Below, piece after piece: positions 28,953 through 42,097 of a DNA stretch of 56,430 nt. The translations under genes and the position numbers were made by a program. The stretch covers positions 44,866,861 through 44,923,290 of the forward strand of contig NC_057719.1 of NCBI RefSeq assembly GCF_004010195.1, written 5' to 3'. Within the stretch, counting starts at the first letter, position 1. Each line of letters begins with the position of its first letter. This stretch comes from Chiloscyllium plagiosum (Eukaryota). The notes beneath the pieces were generated by a model, which ran no database searches, was not told the origin of the DNA, and saw nothing but the letters and a program-made list of their open reading frames with translations.

Positions 28953-30687
28953 ATACGTGTAACTCCAGGTCCACAACAACATGTTTGGCTTTTAACTGCC
29001 CTCTGAAACGGCTGAACAAACCACTGTTGTATCAAACTGCTACAAAGTCTAAACAAAGAAGTGAACCCAGGCAGACTACCCAACATTGACCTGTACATAT
29101 GAAGAAATGAGGCAGACAGAGTCCTGTTGACCTTATAAAGTCGTCTGGGGCTTTGTGCCAAAATTCTGAGCTGACCAACAACTCAGTCAAATAACAGCCT
29201 GACATAATCATTCCCGTAGGATTATACCTTACAGACAATGTCTCAGGCAGCACTGTCACCATCCCTTGGTATGTTCTGCCCCACAGCTGCTAAGCACAGA
29301 TACATTTGGCAAGATATTGCCCCAGGACACCTCAATGTTGACTGTGAACCCCAAATGTACTCAGTCTGAAGGATTTCAATTTTCCATAATTAGGAGTGAC
29401 TCTGTAGTAGTATCACTACTGCCTGAACAGGTCAAGGCTGAAAGGACATAGCTACTGGACTGGGTCTGTGATATGCAGTGAAAGAATCAGCAAGGGGAAA
29501 ATCTGTTTGACCTCATGCTCAGCAATCTGCCTGGTCACAAATGTCTCTGCCCATGACACTATCCATAACAGTGACCACCATGTAGTCTTTGTGGAGGTGA
29601 AGGCCTATCTTCATATTGATGATACCCTCCAACATCTTGTGCAGCATGATCACTGTACTATTCGGACAGACTTAGAATGGATCTCGCAACTCAAGGCTGG
29701 GCATCCACGAGGTGCTGGGAGTTGTCATCAGCAGTGGGCTTGTAGTCAATCACAGTATCAGGACATGCCCTCATGGCCTGACATAATGGCATTCTACCAT
29801 TACCATCAGCTTAGGAGATGAATCCTGGTTTAATGAAGAGAGCAGGCGGGCACAACAGGAGCAGTGTCAAGCAAAGCTTAACCTAGTGAAACTATAATAG
29901 GACAACTTGTGTGCCAAACAGCAGAAGCAGCTGCAAAAGAAGGAATAAGGGATCCCACAGCAAATGGGTCAGAGTTAAGCTCTGCAATCCTGCCACATCC
30001 AGTCATGATTGGCCATGGACAGTTAAACTGCTAACATGAGTTGGACACTCCATGATATCCCCACCTTCAACAATGGGGGTGCCCAGCATATCAGGGCAAA
30101 AGACTAGGCTGAAATATTTGCTTCCAACTTCACCCCGAAATACCAAAACAACAATTCATTATAGCCTTCTGCTGACATCCCCAGCATCATATATGCCGGT
30201 CTTCAACTTGATTCAGCTTCTTGTGATATGAAGAAATGGCTGAAGACCTTGGATGCTACAGAGGCTATGGCCTGTGAAATGATTTTGATGACAGTGCTGA
30301 AGACCTGTCCTTTAGGAACCAGCCGCACCCCTAGGGTAAGGTGTTTCAGTACAGCTGCAACAGTGGTATCTACCCAACAACATGTTAAATTGCCAGGTAT
30401 GTCCTGTAAACAACAAATCTCACCTGGCAAATTTCCACCCCTGCAGACTACTTCTGATTATTAGCAGTGTGATAGAAGAGGTTGTCAACAGTCTTATCAA
30501 GTGATGCATGTGAAGGAGTGATCTCCCTACACTGAGTTTGGGTACCACAAGGGCCACTCAACTCCTGACCTCCTTCGAGCCTTGGTCCAAACATGGACAA
30601 AAGAGCTGAACTTCAGTGTGAAGTGGGAGTGATTGTCCTTGACAAAAAGGCAACATCCAACTGAGTATCAAATCAAGGCTCCCAGTA

Positions 30688-30916
30688 AAATAACTCCACA
30701 AAGGCCGGTATCCCGTTTCCATGTCACCGTTTTATTTACACGTGCATGGTAAATGACACTGATCAAACTGAGCTGGCTCCTAGAGTAAGCAGAACCCCTG
30801 AGACTCCTGTTTATTTCTGTCAGCAATAGCTCCCTGATTGGGCCAGGTTAACAGCCCCAATCAGGGAACTCATATTGTATGATACCTACCTGGCTAACCT
30901 CTTTCTAATCACTACA
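30688..30916 (-). mobile_element. Short solo-LTR-like insertion within the LINE
   Basis: Interrupts LINE RT sequence; minus strand starts TGTAGTGATT and has AATAAA; related to 50629-50828. Confidence 0.55.
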
Positions 30917-32971
30917 ACAATCAAGACTCAAGTTGAGGGGAATTGGCGGAGTAAATGCTCTGCTGGTTAGAGTCATGTTGAGCATTAAGGAAGATGATTG
31001 TGTTTGTTGGAGGTCAGTTATCTCAGCTCCAGGACATCTCTGCAGGAGTGCCTCAGGGTACAGTCCTTAATACAGCCATCTTCAGTTGCTTCATCAATGA
31101 TCTTCCTTCTATCACAAGGGTAGACATGGTTCACTGATGATTGCCCTGATGATTCAGGACCATTTGCAACTTCTCAGAAACTGAAGCAACCCAAGCCCAT
31201 ATGCTTAAAGAGCTGGGAAATGTTCAGTCTTGGGCTGATGAGTGGCAAATAGCATTCAGCCATATATACTGTGGATACAAGAGTGTGTGAGGGGCTAGGA
31301 ATTCTGTAATAAGATGTTTGTCCACCATCTACAAGGTGAAAATCAGGAGCATGATGGAGTATTCTCTATTTGCAAGTAAGAATTTAAGCTCAATATTATT
31401 CAGGACCAAGAAATCTGCTTGACTGGCATCCTGTCCACCACTTACAACGTTCATTCCCTTCATTCCCAATATACAGTAGCAGCAATGTCTACCATGTACA
31501 ACATGCAGTGCAGCAACTCACCAAAGCTCCTTTGACAACGTGGTCCAAACCCTGTGATCTCTAGCACCTAGAAGACAAGAGCAGCAGGTGCAGGGGACCT
31601 TCTGCAAGATCCCTTCCAAGTCACATACTGTCCTTGGAACTACACTGCTGTTCCTTCACTGTTACTATGTCAAACTCCTGGAACTATCTTCCAAACAATA
31701 GTGGGTGTCCCTATACCCCAAGAATTGTAACAGTTCAAGAATGCTGCTTACCAGGACTTTTTCCAAGAACAAAGAAGTGGGTGATAAAACGGATCTAACC
31801 AGTGATGCCCAGATTCTATTGAACAAATAATAAAAAACATGTGAAATTCCAGCAGGAATATTGCAAGATGTAAGCATATCTTGAACTTTTCTTTTTGGTT
31901 CTCACTATATCATGACAACATACTACACATCCACTATCCTGCTTAACACAAAAGCACATACTTAATCTCAGAAATATTGGCCATTGACTTAGCCATTGTA
32001 TTTATGCATAAACTCCTACTTTTCTGTACATGTGCATAAAACAATGAACAAACAGCACACTTTCTGTTCAGGCTTGTTCTCTCCATGGACTTAGTGTTTT
32101 GCTAGGCAAAATGAACTGCCACAGGTGCCGTTTACCCACTATGTGTTGTGAACCTTTATTTTTGCTTTCATTCTGTTGATATTGGAAGAGGTAGGTGTGT
32201 GAGGAGAGCTGCTTTACGCATTATCCTAATAAACAGCAAAGTAATAAGGATATTTGTAATTTAGCACTCATTGAATAAGACAACATTGCATCACAGGAGT
32301 ATATGTGACCACTATATGTGATTGTAATCCTGCCAGATAGAAATTATATTGTAAACAGGAAAGATCAGGCCAACTGTATTTGCTGTTGATGTATAGCCAA
32401 CACCAAAATTAGAAATTATGTAATATAACTAAATTTGAGATATTCACTAAATAATAATCATTATTCAGTATCTGCCAAATGTTCTGCGTTATTATTTTAA
32501 CTAACTCTAAGATTTGGATGAAGAGAGTTTTATGTTAATCCTTAATTTTACTACTCTCTAATGACATTGCATGATCTTGTGTTGATTTATTTATATTATT
32601 GAATGTTCTTGCATGTTCATCAAGATGTTTCACAAACTTAATGGTACAGCAACCCACTGTTTTACCCAATCGTGGAATCTAGTATTACAAATGCAATCCC
32701 ATATGGGGGTGTGATTTTAAAGAAATGGCATGTAAAGACTTCCTGGACTGATGGCCAGCTGCTCTATATTATCCTGCACTGTGTTGCGACTTATGTACAA
32801 ATCAACTTGTGAATGAGTTCAGAACAGAACTCATTTGAACCCGGGGTCTTCCTGTATTCCTCTAAGTATTAGTCTGCAAACTAAAAATGATTTTATAGGT
32901 TCTCTGCCCAGTTATTTTGTGGAGATTGGAGATTGGATCAGCTAGATAATCAAGTGCGGGGAGTGAGATAT

Positions 32972-33285
32972 GGGCAGCACAGTGACTCAGTGGTTAGCAC
33001 TGCTGCCTCATAGCACCAGGGACTCCGGTTTGATTCCAGCCTCAGGCAACTTAGTGCGGAGTTTGTACATTCTTCCCCTGTCTGCATGGGTTTTCTCCAG
33101 GTGCTCCGGTTTCCTTCCACAGTCCAAAGATGTACAGCCCAAATTAATTGGCCATGCTAAATTGCCCATAGTATTAGGTGTATTAGTCGGAAGGAAATGG
33201 GTCTGGTTGGGTTACACTTCGGAGGGTCGGTGTGGACTTGTTGGGCTGAATGGCATGTTTCCACACTATGGGAATCTAATCTAAT
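32972..33285 (+). mobile_element. HE1-type tRNA-derived V-SINE
   Basis: A/B-box-like head, V-domain core (ggttttctccaggtgctccggtttccttccacagtccaaaga), CR1-like 3' tail, (AATCT)n. Confidence 0.9.
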
Positions 33286-34607
33286 GTGAAATTGACCATC
33301 ATCTATTTGTAGCAATATAGGCCGTATGTGCATTACTGTTGCTAAGAATCCAGCTGGATGGTTGCACATCTCTGTAAGGAAGGTTTGTGTGAGGCTGGTT
33401 TCTCTTAAAGCTAGCCTCTGTTACTTGAGGCCAGTCTACTTAAAGGAGAGGAGCATCTTGGCTGCTGGAACTTGTTCAGGAAGTGTTTCTGGTTGCAGTG
33501 ACACTGTAGGCAAATGTTTTCAAGTTTGTCTGATGCAATGTTGGTGCATCAAGATTGTTTCTTTGACAATAGGGAACCAAAACACTGTCCCTACAGGCTC
33601 TGAGAAAGCAATGGGAGCAGACAGCCATTGCTGGCAATGCGATCTGTCTAGCTCTGAGGATTTGGATGCAACGCTGTTTATTGACCCAGTGACCTCTCAC
33701 AAATGATCAAGGTGCACATGCATACCCTTACAAATGACCCACTGGTCTCACACAATGCTTTACTCACATTTCTGTCGAAGGTCCAAACCAAGCCTGACTC
33801 ATGTCCAACATTCAGAGCCTTATTTTGTGCTTAGCACTGCTATGAGTCTGGCACTCAACTCAGATTTCTCAACTTGCACGCAATGCCAGCTATTCACCCA
33901 AACACACTGCAGTACATGCTTTGGACAGTGTTATATGTTCATGCACCATGGCAGGTTTGGGGACTGGGAGGTTGGTTATTTGGATGAGATGGTGGTTGAT
34001 GGGATCTTGCTGCCTTCCCGCCTCATCTCCTGTTGGCTGAGTTGGAAGGGGCCCATAGATGGTCTTCCTGGTCCATCCCCAAATGCAGACTTCAAAGTAA
34101 GGGTTTTCCATTGCCTCCACTAATGTTAACTCAGCAATGCACAGTCTCCATTGATAGGGAGAGGTGGAGCACAAAATACAAACTGGAACCGGTTGCTTGT
34201 GGTCTCCTGTTAGTGTCCCTCCTTCAGAAGTACTCACAATCTGATCATGGGACCCAAGATCAGGAAGGAGAGGTGACAGAGAACTAAACCCTGCCTTTGC
34301 TGCTGTTCCCCCCAATATCTCCCTCCACTGCAACCTCATGCAACCCCTCCTGCCACCACTTATCTCTAGGTCACTCCATGATCCTGGGGCCCCCATGAGT
34401 GTATTTTCTACAGCACCACTGCCTCCTGTTGGGCTACTGAGCAAAAGAACTGCTGGCCTGTCAGTTGATGGGACTTGCTGCTAGCTGGTTCCTGATCCAG
34501 TGAAAGGAATACTGGTGACCTGCCAACTGCCCGATTGGCTTGTAACATGGTGGGTATTTTCAAAGGGGGCTGTGTGACTCTCTTGCTAGCTCTCCGAGGC
34601 CCATAAC

Positions 34608-35320
34608 AGGACATAGAACAGTACAGCACAGAATAGGCCCTTCAGCCCACGATGTTGTGCCGACCATTGATCCTCATGTAAGGTAAACCTAATGTACGAA
34701 CCCTCACATTTCTGTGACCATATGCATGTCCAGCAGTCTCTTAAATATTCCCAATGACCTCGCTTCCACAACTGCTACTGGCAACGCATTCCATGCTCTC
34801 TCAACTCTCTGCGTAAAGAACCCGCCTCTGACATCCCCCTCTATACTTTCTGCCAAACAGCTTAAAACTATGACCCTTCGCGTTAACAATTTCTGCCCTG
34901 GGAAAAAGTTTCTGGCTATCAACTCTATCATTGCCTCTCATTATCTTATACACCTCAATAAGGTCCCTTCTCTTCCTTCTTTTTTCCAATGAAAAGAGTC
35001 CGAGCTCAGTCAACCGCTCTTCATAAGATAAGCCCTCTATTCCAGGCAGCATCCTGGTAAACCTCCTCTGAACCCTCTCCAAAGCATCCTCATCTTTCCT
35101 ATAATAGGGCGACCAGAACTGGACACAGTATTCCAAGTGCAGTCTAACCAAAGTTGTATAGAGCTGCAACAAGATCTCAGCTCTTAAACTCAATCCCCCT
35201 GTTAACGAAAGCCAAAACACCATATGCTTTTTTAACAACCCTGTCCACCTGGATGGCAATTTTAAGGGATCTATGTACATGCACACCAAGATCCCACTGT
35301 TCCTCCACTCTGCCAAGAAT
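34608..35320 (-). mobile_element. CR1 LINE 3' fragment
   Basis: LYTTLVRLHLEYCVQFWSPYYRKDEDALERVQRRFTRMLPG...RDLIEVYKIM; tail acatagaacagtacagcacag. Confidence 0.93.
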
Positions 35321-36133
35321 ATGCCCACATAAAAATCCCTGACACACACCTCTCTGTTGTAGGACAAAGCGACCCATAGTTGGAGGAAGTAACACCTAAC
35401 CTGGGGGCGGGGGCTGGGGTGAGGGACACTATGATCTGACTGCACGGATGAGAACATGCTGGTGATCATTAGAATGGCCAAGGCTAGTAGCAGGGCTGAG
35501 ACTATAGCCTCTCACTCCACTTCTGTCTCATCTCAGTCTATAGCTTACAAGCTGTAGGATCATGTAAGCATGCACATCCTGTTCCCTGATTGGTAATGTG
35601 CAGTAAATAATATTTAAGATGAGAGCTGTTTTTCATTAGACAGCCAAGTGGTCCTTCTCTACCACACATGACCAAACATGCCCTGCAGAGCTCTCCCAGG
35701 ATAGAGGATAGCATCAGCAAACTTACTAGCTGGATTTTACACCATGTTGACTTGTGGAAGGATTAATCTTACAACAAGACTGATGTCACATGGCATAGAT
35801 ACTAGTGGCTTAAAGGGTCTCCCAGCATCCAGAACTCTGTGCTACACCAGATTATCGGAATGGCGGAGATGTTACCATTGGTGACCTCTATGAAACAGGA
35901 GCCTTCAGGATGACAGCAGATTTGTGCTGCCATCACTGCCACTCCAGTTATTGTTGACTATAAGCCAATCAAAAATGTGCCATATGTTCAAAGAGTACAG
36001 TCTATAGCATGACCTTTCAAGCTCAGAACTAATTACGGACAATCTTTGACAACCTCCCATAGTAAATGTCAGCAATGTTCCACCAGCCATGCTGAAGTCA
36101 CTGGAGTAGCATTGTACAGAAGCCCAAGAACCT

Positions 36134-36450
36134 GGGTGGCACAGTGGCACAGTGGTTAGCACTGCTGCCTCACAGCACCAGGGTCCCAGGTGCGATTCCA
36201 GTTTTGGGCAACTGTCTGTGTGGGGTTTGCACATTCTCCCTGTGTCTGCATGGGTTTCCTCTGGGTACTCCAGCTTCCTCCCACAGTCCAAAGATGTGCG
36301 GGTCGGGTGAATAGGCCATGCTAAATTGTTCATAGTGTTAGGTGCATTAGTCAGAGGGAAATGGGTCTGGGTGGGTTACTCTTTGGAGGATTGGTATGGA
36401 CTGGTTGGGCCAAAGGGCCTGTTTCCACACTGTAAGGAATCTAATCTAAA
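36134..36450 (+). mobile_element. HE1-type tRNA-derived V-SINE
   Basis: TGGCACAGTGGTTAGCAC head, V-domain, CR1-like tail, AATCTAATCT. Confidence 0.9.
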
Positions 36451-36689
36451 AAACAAAGCCACCTACAGCACAGACACAAGTGGGGTGGTTAAGGGTGACT
36501 ATTTAATTTTCATATGGAATATTGGATGTTTCATTGGATAAAGTTCATTTGAACTTGTTGATGGTTATGACTTTTACTGTAGCATTGTAACCAGGAGGAC
36601 ACATTAGTTACTCATTGTCGTGTGGAGGCAGTGGTATGATAGAGTTTGGGCTAGTGTTCATGCAAAATAAGGGAGACACAAAGACACTG

Positions 36690-37725
36690 GAGGAGCACAA
36701 GTAGGTCACTTGGCCCATCAACCTCCACTTCCCCAATTATTTAGACCATGGTTGATGTGATAACTCATTTCTTGCCTTTTCCCTATAACTCTTGATTCCC
36801 TTAGTGATTAAAAATTTGTCTGTTTCAGCCTTGAATGTAATTAATAACCCAGCCTCAATAGCCCTCTACGGTAAAGAATTCTGGAGATTTACTATCATTT
36901 GAGAGAAGAAAGATTCCTCCTCATCTCTGTCTTAAGTGAATGGCCCTTATTCTGAGATTATGTCTTCTAGTCCTAGACTCTCCCCGAAGGAGAAACATTC
37001 TCTCCACATCTCCCCTGTCAGGTTCCCTTACAATCTTGTACGTTTAAGTAAGTTCCCTTTTTGTTCTGCTAAACTGTAATGAATCCAGGCTCAGCCTGCT
37101 TAACCTCTCCTCATGAAATAATCCCTCCATACCTGGGATCAATCTTGTGAACTTTCTCTGCATTGCCTCTAATGTCAGTATATCTTTCCTTGGATCGGTG
37201 AAGCGAAGCTTTTTTTCTGCAACATTTCCGCTATGGTCTGACAAGTGCCTTATATCGCTTTAGCAAAACCTCTCTATTTGTTTGGTCCATTCCCTTTGAA
37301 ATAAAGACCAAATTTTCATTTGCTTTCCTGATTACCTGCTGAACATGGATCCTAGCTTTTTGTGATTTAGCACCAGGGCCCTCCAATCCATCTATGCTGC
37401 AGCTTTCTGCAGTCTTTTCTCATTTAAATAAAGTTCAGCTCCTCTATTCATCTTGCCAAAGTGCATAATCTCACATTTTCCCATATTATATTCCATCTGC
37501 CACTTGCTTAACTTCTCTACAGCCATCTGTAAATACTTTGTCATCCTCAAATTTGGTTATAGTACATTCACTTTCCTCATCAAGGTCATTAATATATGTT
37601 GGAAATAATTGAGGCCTCAGTACTGATTACTGTGGTACTCCACTAGTTACAAGTTGCCATCCTGAAAGAGTCTCCCTTATCCCAACTTTGTCATCTGTTA
37701 GTTTGTGAATCTCCTTTATCTTAAG
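36690..37725 (-). mobile_element. CR1 LINE 3' fragment (older subfamily)
   Basis: RKDILTLEAMQRKFTRLIPGMEGL; reverse complement of the GVPQ.SVL motif near 37615-37645. Confidence 0.8.
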
Positions 37726-38084
37726 CAGCCTAATATGGAGTCCTTCGTTCCACCATCCCTCCTTCCATCTCCTTTTTCTTGAGTGATTCACCACACTCCA
37801 GTGCAGTGTCCTATATGCAGAAAATACTGCTCCTCTGTACTGGTGAGTTCCTTCAGAATTCTTGGGAGAACAGGACTATTGCTAGTGGTGATGTTGTTCA
37901 GTTGAGCTGCATGCCTCTGGCCAACAGCTCTCAGTGGGTGGGACTTCTGTCAAGCCTCATCACAACCTGTCCAGTAAGCCTGAGTGTAACAAGATGCTGT
38001 GGATTTTTCTGAAATAAAAGACAACACTGGGCTCTCGCTGGTTTTCCAGCCAGTGGATCAAACCACTCACTGCCTCCACTAATT

Positions 38085-38288
38085 TACCTATCCCTACCTC
38101 ACCACCCCGCCATACCCCCCCTCCCCGACCCCCTTTATCTGCTGCTCCCCTACACCCACCCCCATTCCAGAAGAAGGGTTACACCCAAAATGTTGACTTC
38201 TCCACCTCCTGATCCTGTCTGGCTTGCTGTGTTCTTCCAGTTTCCTGCTTGTCTACCTTGGATTCCAGCATCTGCAGTTGTTTTGTTG
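38085..38288 (+). mobile_element. Penelope-like 3' fragment with degenerate hammerhead and 9-bp TSD (CCACTAATT at 38076-38084 and 38289-38297)
   Basis: C-rich UTR, CAGAAGA-A-GGGT-TAC-ACCC-AAAA-TGTT, ends gattccagcatctgcag like the other copies. Confidence 0.7.
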
Positions 38289-38557
38289 CCACTAATTACT
38301 GCACTCTGGCATAAATATCTTTAATTTAGGACTGTTGTGCTTCATTAATGCAGATATCAAAAACTTCTTATTCAGATGTATAAGTAAAAGCCCATAAGTT
38401 GATTGTAATTATTTCATGCTGTCAGAAATTACTGCAGACCTGTTACTTTACTGATGCTAGCATATAGCTGAGGAAAACATAGTACAGCCTTTAACTGCTC
38501 GGAAAACTCCTCATTTGTTGAATATTATTGATCTCTATCTTTTTTGGTTCCATTTAG

Positions 38558-38623
38558 GATAAAAGGGAAATTGATGCTTCACTGATGTTGGGCTTGACTC
38601 TTCAAGGACTTCAGATATTTCAG
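38558..38623 (+). CDS. FRMD6: FRMD6 coding exon (FERM F3): DKREIDASLMLGLTLQGLQIFQ
   Basis: catttag|GAT acceptor; CAG|gtaaga donor; 66 nt. Confidence 0.94.
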
Positions 38624-40587
38624 GTAAGATAAGAAACTGTTTTGTATAAATTCAGCTCCTGTCCTTTCTCTTGCCTTTCACGGTTGCTAACCTGATTGAG
38701 AGCTATCCATCTGGAAAGTTGATTGTGCAAGTGTCAAATCCATTCAGTTTCTTTGAAATTTTGCCACATCGTACATGGCTGAAAATTCAATTCCTTAGCA
38801 ACAGTCCTTGCCATAGGCAAGAATCACATGTTGTTAGTCATTGTATGCTACAGTATGCTCTGTAATGATAAGGGCAAAAGGCACACTCCAGTCTTAACAA
38901 AACATCATGTTCATCAAGACTGTTCTAACACATTACCAGCTTCCAATCTCACTCTGTCTCCAACTCACTACTATACTTAACCCTACTCTGTCCCATGTAC
39001 TGTACCCAGTTCCATCTCCCTTCCCAATAACCAGACGTGGCCCACATCTCCCTCCATTTCCAAAGTGCTACAAATATAGTAGTAGATCTCCCAAACTGGT
39101 GTTGTATAAGTTACTGCTGCAGTGCAGTTACGTTTTGCATGTTGTACATTGCTTTTTCAAAAGAAGTTAAAATTTAAATATCCAACCTTCATAAACTGGT
39201 TTTGAATTTTATATTAGACTCCCACTTCTAAAAGGGATGGAATGGGAAGATAGTTCAGTCTCCTCCAGCGCAGTTGTATTTTTCCATTATTCATTCATTG
39301 GATATAACCATTGCTGGTTAAGTCAGCATTTACTGTCCATTCTTAATGGTCTTTATGTAGTTGGTAGTGTCACTCCAGTGGCCCTGGACTTGGTCTCCTA
39401 CACCATTCTGCTCCCTGACTCTCAGACTTGGCTGGCCCAAGCCCTAAAGCCTTGATTCTCATTGGTTCTTACTTCCTTGAACTGCCTGAAATTCAGAGCT
39501 TGCCCTCTAACCACCAAATAGATCTGAGCTCCTCCTTTAGAGTGCTAACAAGTCATGGCTTTCAATAAATCTCTCTTGCAGTCTGGCTTGGAGTCTATAT
39601 TGTACTTGGTTCCTTCTCTTGCTAAACTATTAAAACTCAAAAAATTATTGTAATTCAACTCATTTTCATAGAGATTTTTTGCAAATTGGTTACAACATAA
39701 CAGAAGAAAATTCAAACATTTTAATTTTTATTTAACCTGTTTAATTTAGCAGCATTAATGTGTATTAACTGCTTCACAATTCTACTTTACTGTGGTAACA
39801 AGCTTCTCTCTCTAGTTAAATGGCTGCCGGGGCCGAAATCACTGTGGCATGCTCATATTGTCTGTTGCTTCATATTATGCACAGTGCTAAATTTCAGAGA
39901 TGTTTTCTGATGCAATGCCAAGGCCTTGAAACGTCAAAAGTTATGTTAGAGATCTTGCAACTCCTAGCTCGCTGGCCAGTTGGAATGATCCCAAGTGACT
40001 ATATATTTCACTATGTCAGGGTGAGACGTCTTCGTCCATTTCATGAAGGCCAGAAGGATCATTTGAGCTAAAGAGAAGACAGAATTTAAGTTCAAGGATA
40101 AGTCAAGCGTGAAGAATAAACAATAAGAAGGTTTCAGAAACATAAAAACTGCTAAATTTTATGAATTTGCAAATACTTTATTTCAGATAATTTCTGCCTA
40201 ATGTGTGATGCAGCCAAGTGACTAGAACATTTGCGTAAAATATCTATCCGTTTGATAATGTTGATTAGCTTAGGGTAATGGACACAATGGGCCTACTTTT
40301 CTATTCTAATTTTAGTCTGCATACAAAATCTGTGCGTAGTTCAACCTATTATACCATATTACAGTACAAACCAGTGGTATGTTTTAGTTATAAGATAACC
40401 AGTTTTGTTGAATTCAATTGCCCGAGCTTCATCTTACTTTAAGAAGGTGGCTGAGCCAGTGGTGATAAATGCATATGAATTTTTTTTTTACTACCCATTG
40501 ATTCCAAAACAAAGTAATTTGGACATTTTGATGCTTTGTGATCCAGATTTTAAAAAAATTAAATATGGACAATCACACTCTAGACTG

Positions 40588-42097
40588 AACAAAGAACAAA
40601 GAAAATTTACAGCCCAGGAACACGGTGGGCGGCACGGTGGCACAGTGGTTAGCACTGCTGCCTCGCAGCGCCAGAGACCCGGGTTCAATTCCCGACTCAG
40701 GCGACTGACTGTGTGGAGTTTGCACGTTCTCCCCGTATCTGCATGGGTTTTCTCCGGGTGCTCCGGTTTCCTCCCACAGTCCAAAGATGTGCAGGTCAGG
40801 TGAATTGGCCATGCTAAATTGCCCCTAGTGTTAGGTATAGGGGTAAATGTAGGGGTATGGGTGGGTTGCGCTTCGGCGGGTCGGTGTGGACTTGTTGGGC
40901 CGAAGGGCCTGTTTCCATACTGTAATGTAATCTAATCTAATCTAAATCTAAAAACAGGCCCTTTGGCCTTCCAAGCCTGAGCCAATCCACATTCACTGTC
41001 TAAACCTGTCGCCCACTTCCTAAGCATCTGTATCCCTCTGCTCCCCACCTACACATGCATCTGTCCAGACGCATCTCAAATGAACCTACTGTGCCTGCCT
41101 CCACCACCTCTTCTGGCAATTTGTTCCAGTCGCTCACTACCCTCTGTGTCAGTACTTACCGCGAGTATCCCCCTTAAACTTTCCGCCTCTCACCTTGAAA
41201 GCATGACCTCTCGTTATTGAATCCTTCACCCTGGAAAAAAGCTTGTCTCTATCCACCCTGTCTATACCCTTCATGATTTTGTAAACCTCAATCAGGTCCC
41301 CCCTCAATCTCCTTTTTTCTAATGAAAACAAACTTTACCTACTCAACCTCTAGCACCTTCCATACCAGGCAACCTCCTCGTAAACCTTCTCTGCACTCTC
41401 TCCAAAGTGTCCACATCCTTTTGGTAGTCTGGTGACCAGAACTGTACACAGTATTCTAAATGTGGCCGAACCAATTCTTGTATAATTTTAACATGACTTG
41501 CCAGCTCTTATACTCAATACCCCGTCCAATGAAGGCAAACATACTACATGCTTTCTTGACCACTTTATCCACCTGTGCAGCAACCTTCAGCATACAATGG
41601 ACCTGCACGCCCAGATCTCTCTGCCTATGAACTTTTCCCAACGGTCTTCCATTCATTGTATAATTTGCTCTAGAATTAGTCTTGCCTAAATGCATCACCT
41701 CACATTTGTCTAGATTGAAATCCATCTGCCACTTTTCTACCCAACTCTCCAGTCTATCTATATCCTCCTGTATTCTTTGATAGTCCCTTATGCTTTGTGC
41801 TACTCCACCAACCTTGGTGTCATCTGCAAACTTGCTGAACATACCAACAGTGCCCTCTTCCAGATCATTGATGTATAACACAAACAACAGTGGCCTCAAC
41901 ACTGACCCCTGTGGAACACCACTGGTCACCTTTCTCCATCTTGAGAAACTCCCTTCAACTACTACTCTCTGTCTCCTGTTGCTCAACCAGTTCTTTATCC
42001 ACCTAGCTAGAACACCCTGCACACCATGTAACTTCACTTTCTCCAATAGTCTACCATGGGGAACCTTATCAAACACCTTACTAAAGTCCATGTATAT
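40588..42097 (-). mobile_element. CR1 LINE RT-to-3' end fragment with an HE1 SINE nested in its 3' terminus
   Basis: 211-aa open stretch DFSKVFDKVPH...GVPQGSVL...KFADDTK; (AACAAAG)2 tail at 40588. Confidence 0.95.
40627..40950 (+). mobile_element. HE1-type tRNA-derived V-SINE, young full-length copy
   Basis: A box TGGCACAGTGG, B box GGTTCAATTCC, CpGs retained, V-domain, 3' tail shared with CR1, (AATCT)n. Confidence 0.93.

Larger units (their letters stand above)
28548..31837 (+). mobile_element. Near full-length decayed non-LTR retrotransposon (CR1/L2 group) with tRNA-like 5' head, endonuclease and RT remnants; two nested insertions
   Basis: B-box GGTTCAAATCC at 28616-28626; EN remnant QPDIII at about 29195 and SDHHVVFVE; RT GVPQGTVLNTAIFSCFINDLP at 31045; A-rich 3' end. 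Confidence 0.8.

Noticed and set aside
31130..31250. CTGATGA motifs as hammerheads (also 19259 and 15800)
   Set aside because: No stem II/GAAA/NUH context; those at 31 kb are LINE RT codons.
33320..36120. GC-richer block with several 100-180 aa ORFs; possible DNA-transposon (Harbinger-like) relic
   Set aside because: No recognisable domain motif or terminal inverted repeats that I can support by eye.
40627..40705. tRNA gene
   Set aside because: It is the tRNA-derived head of a SINE, continuous with the V-domain and LINE tail.
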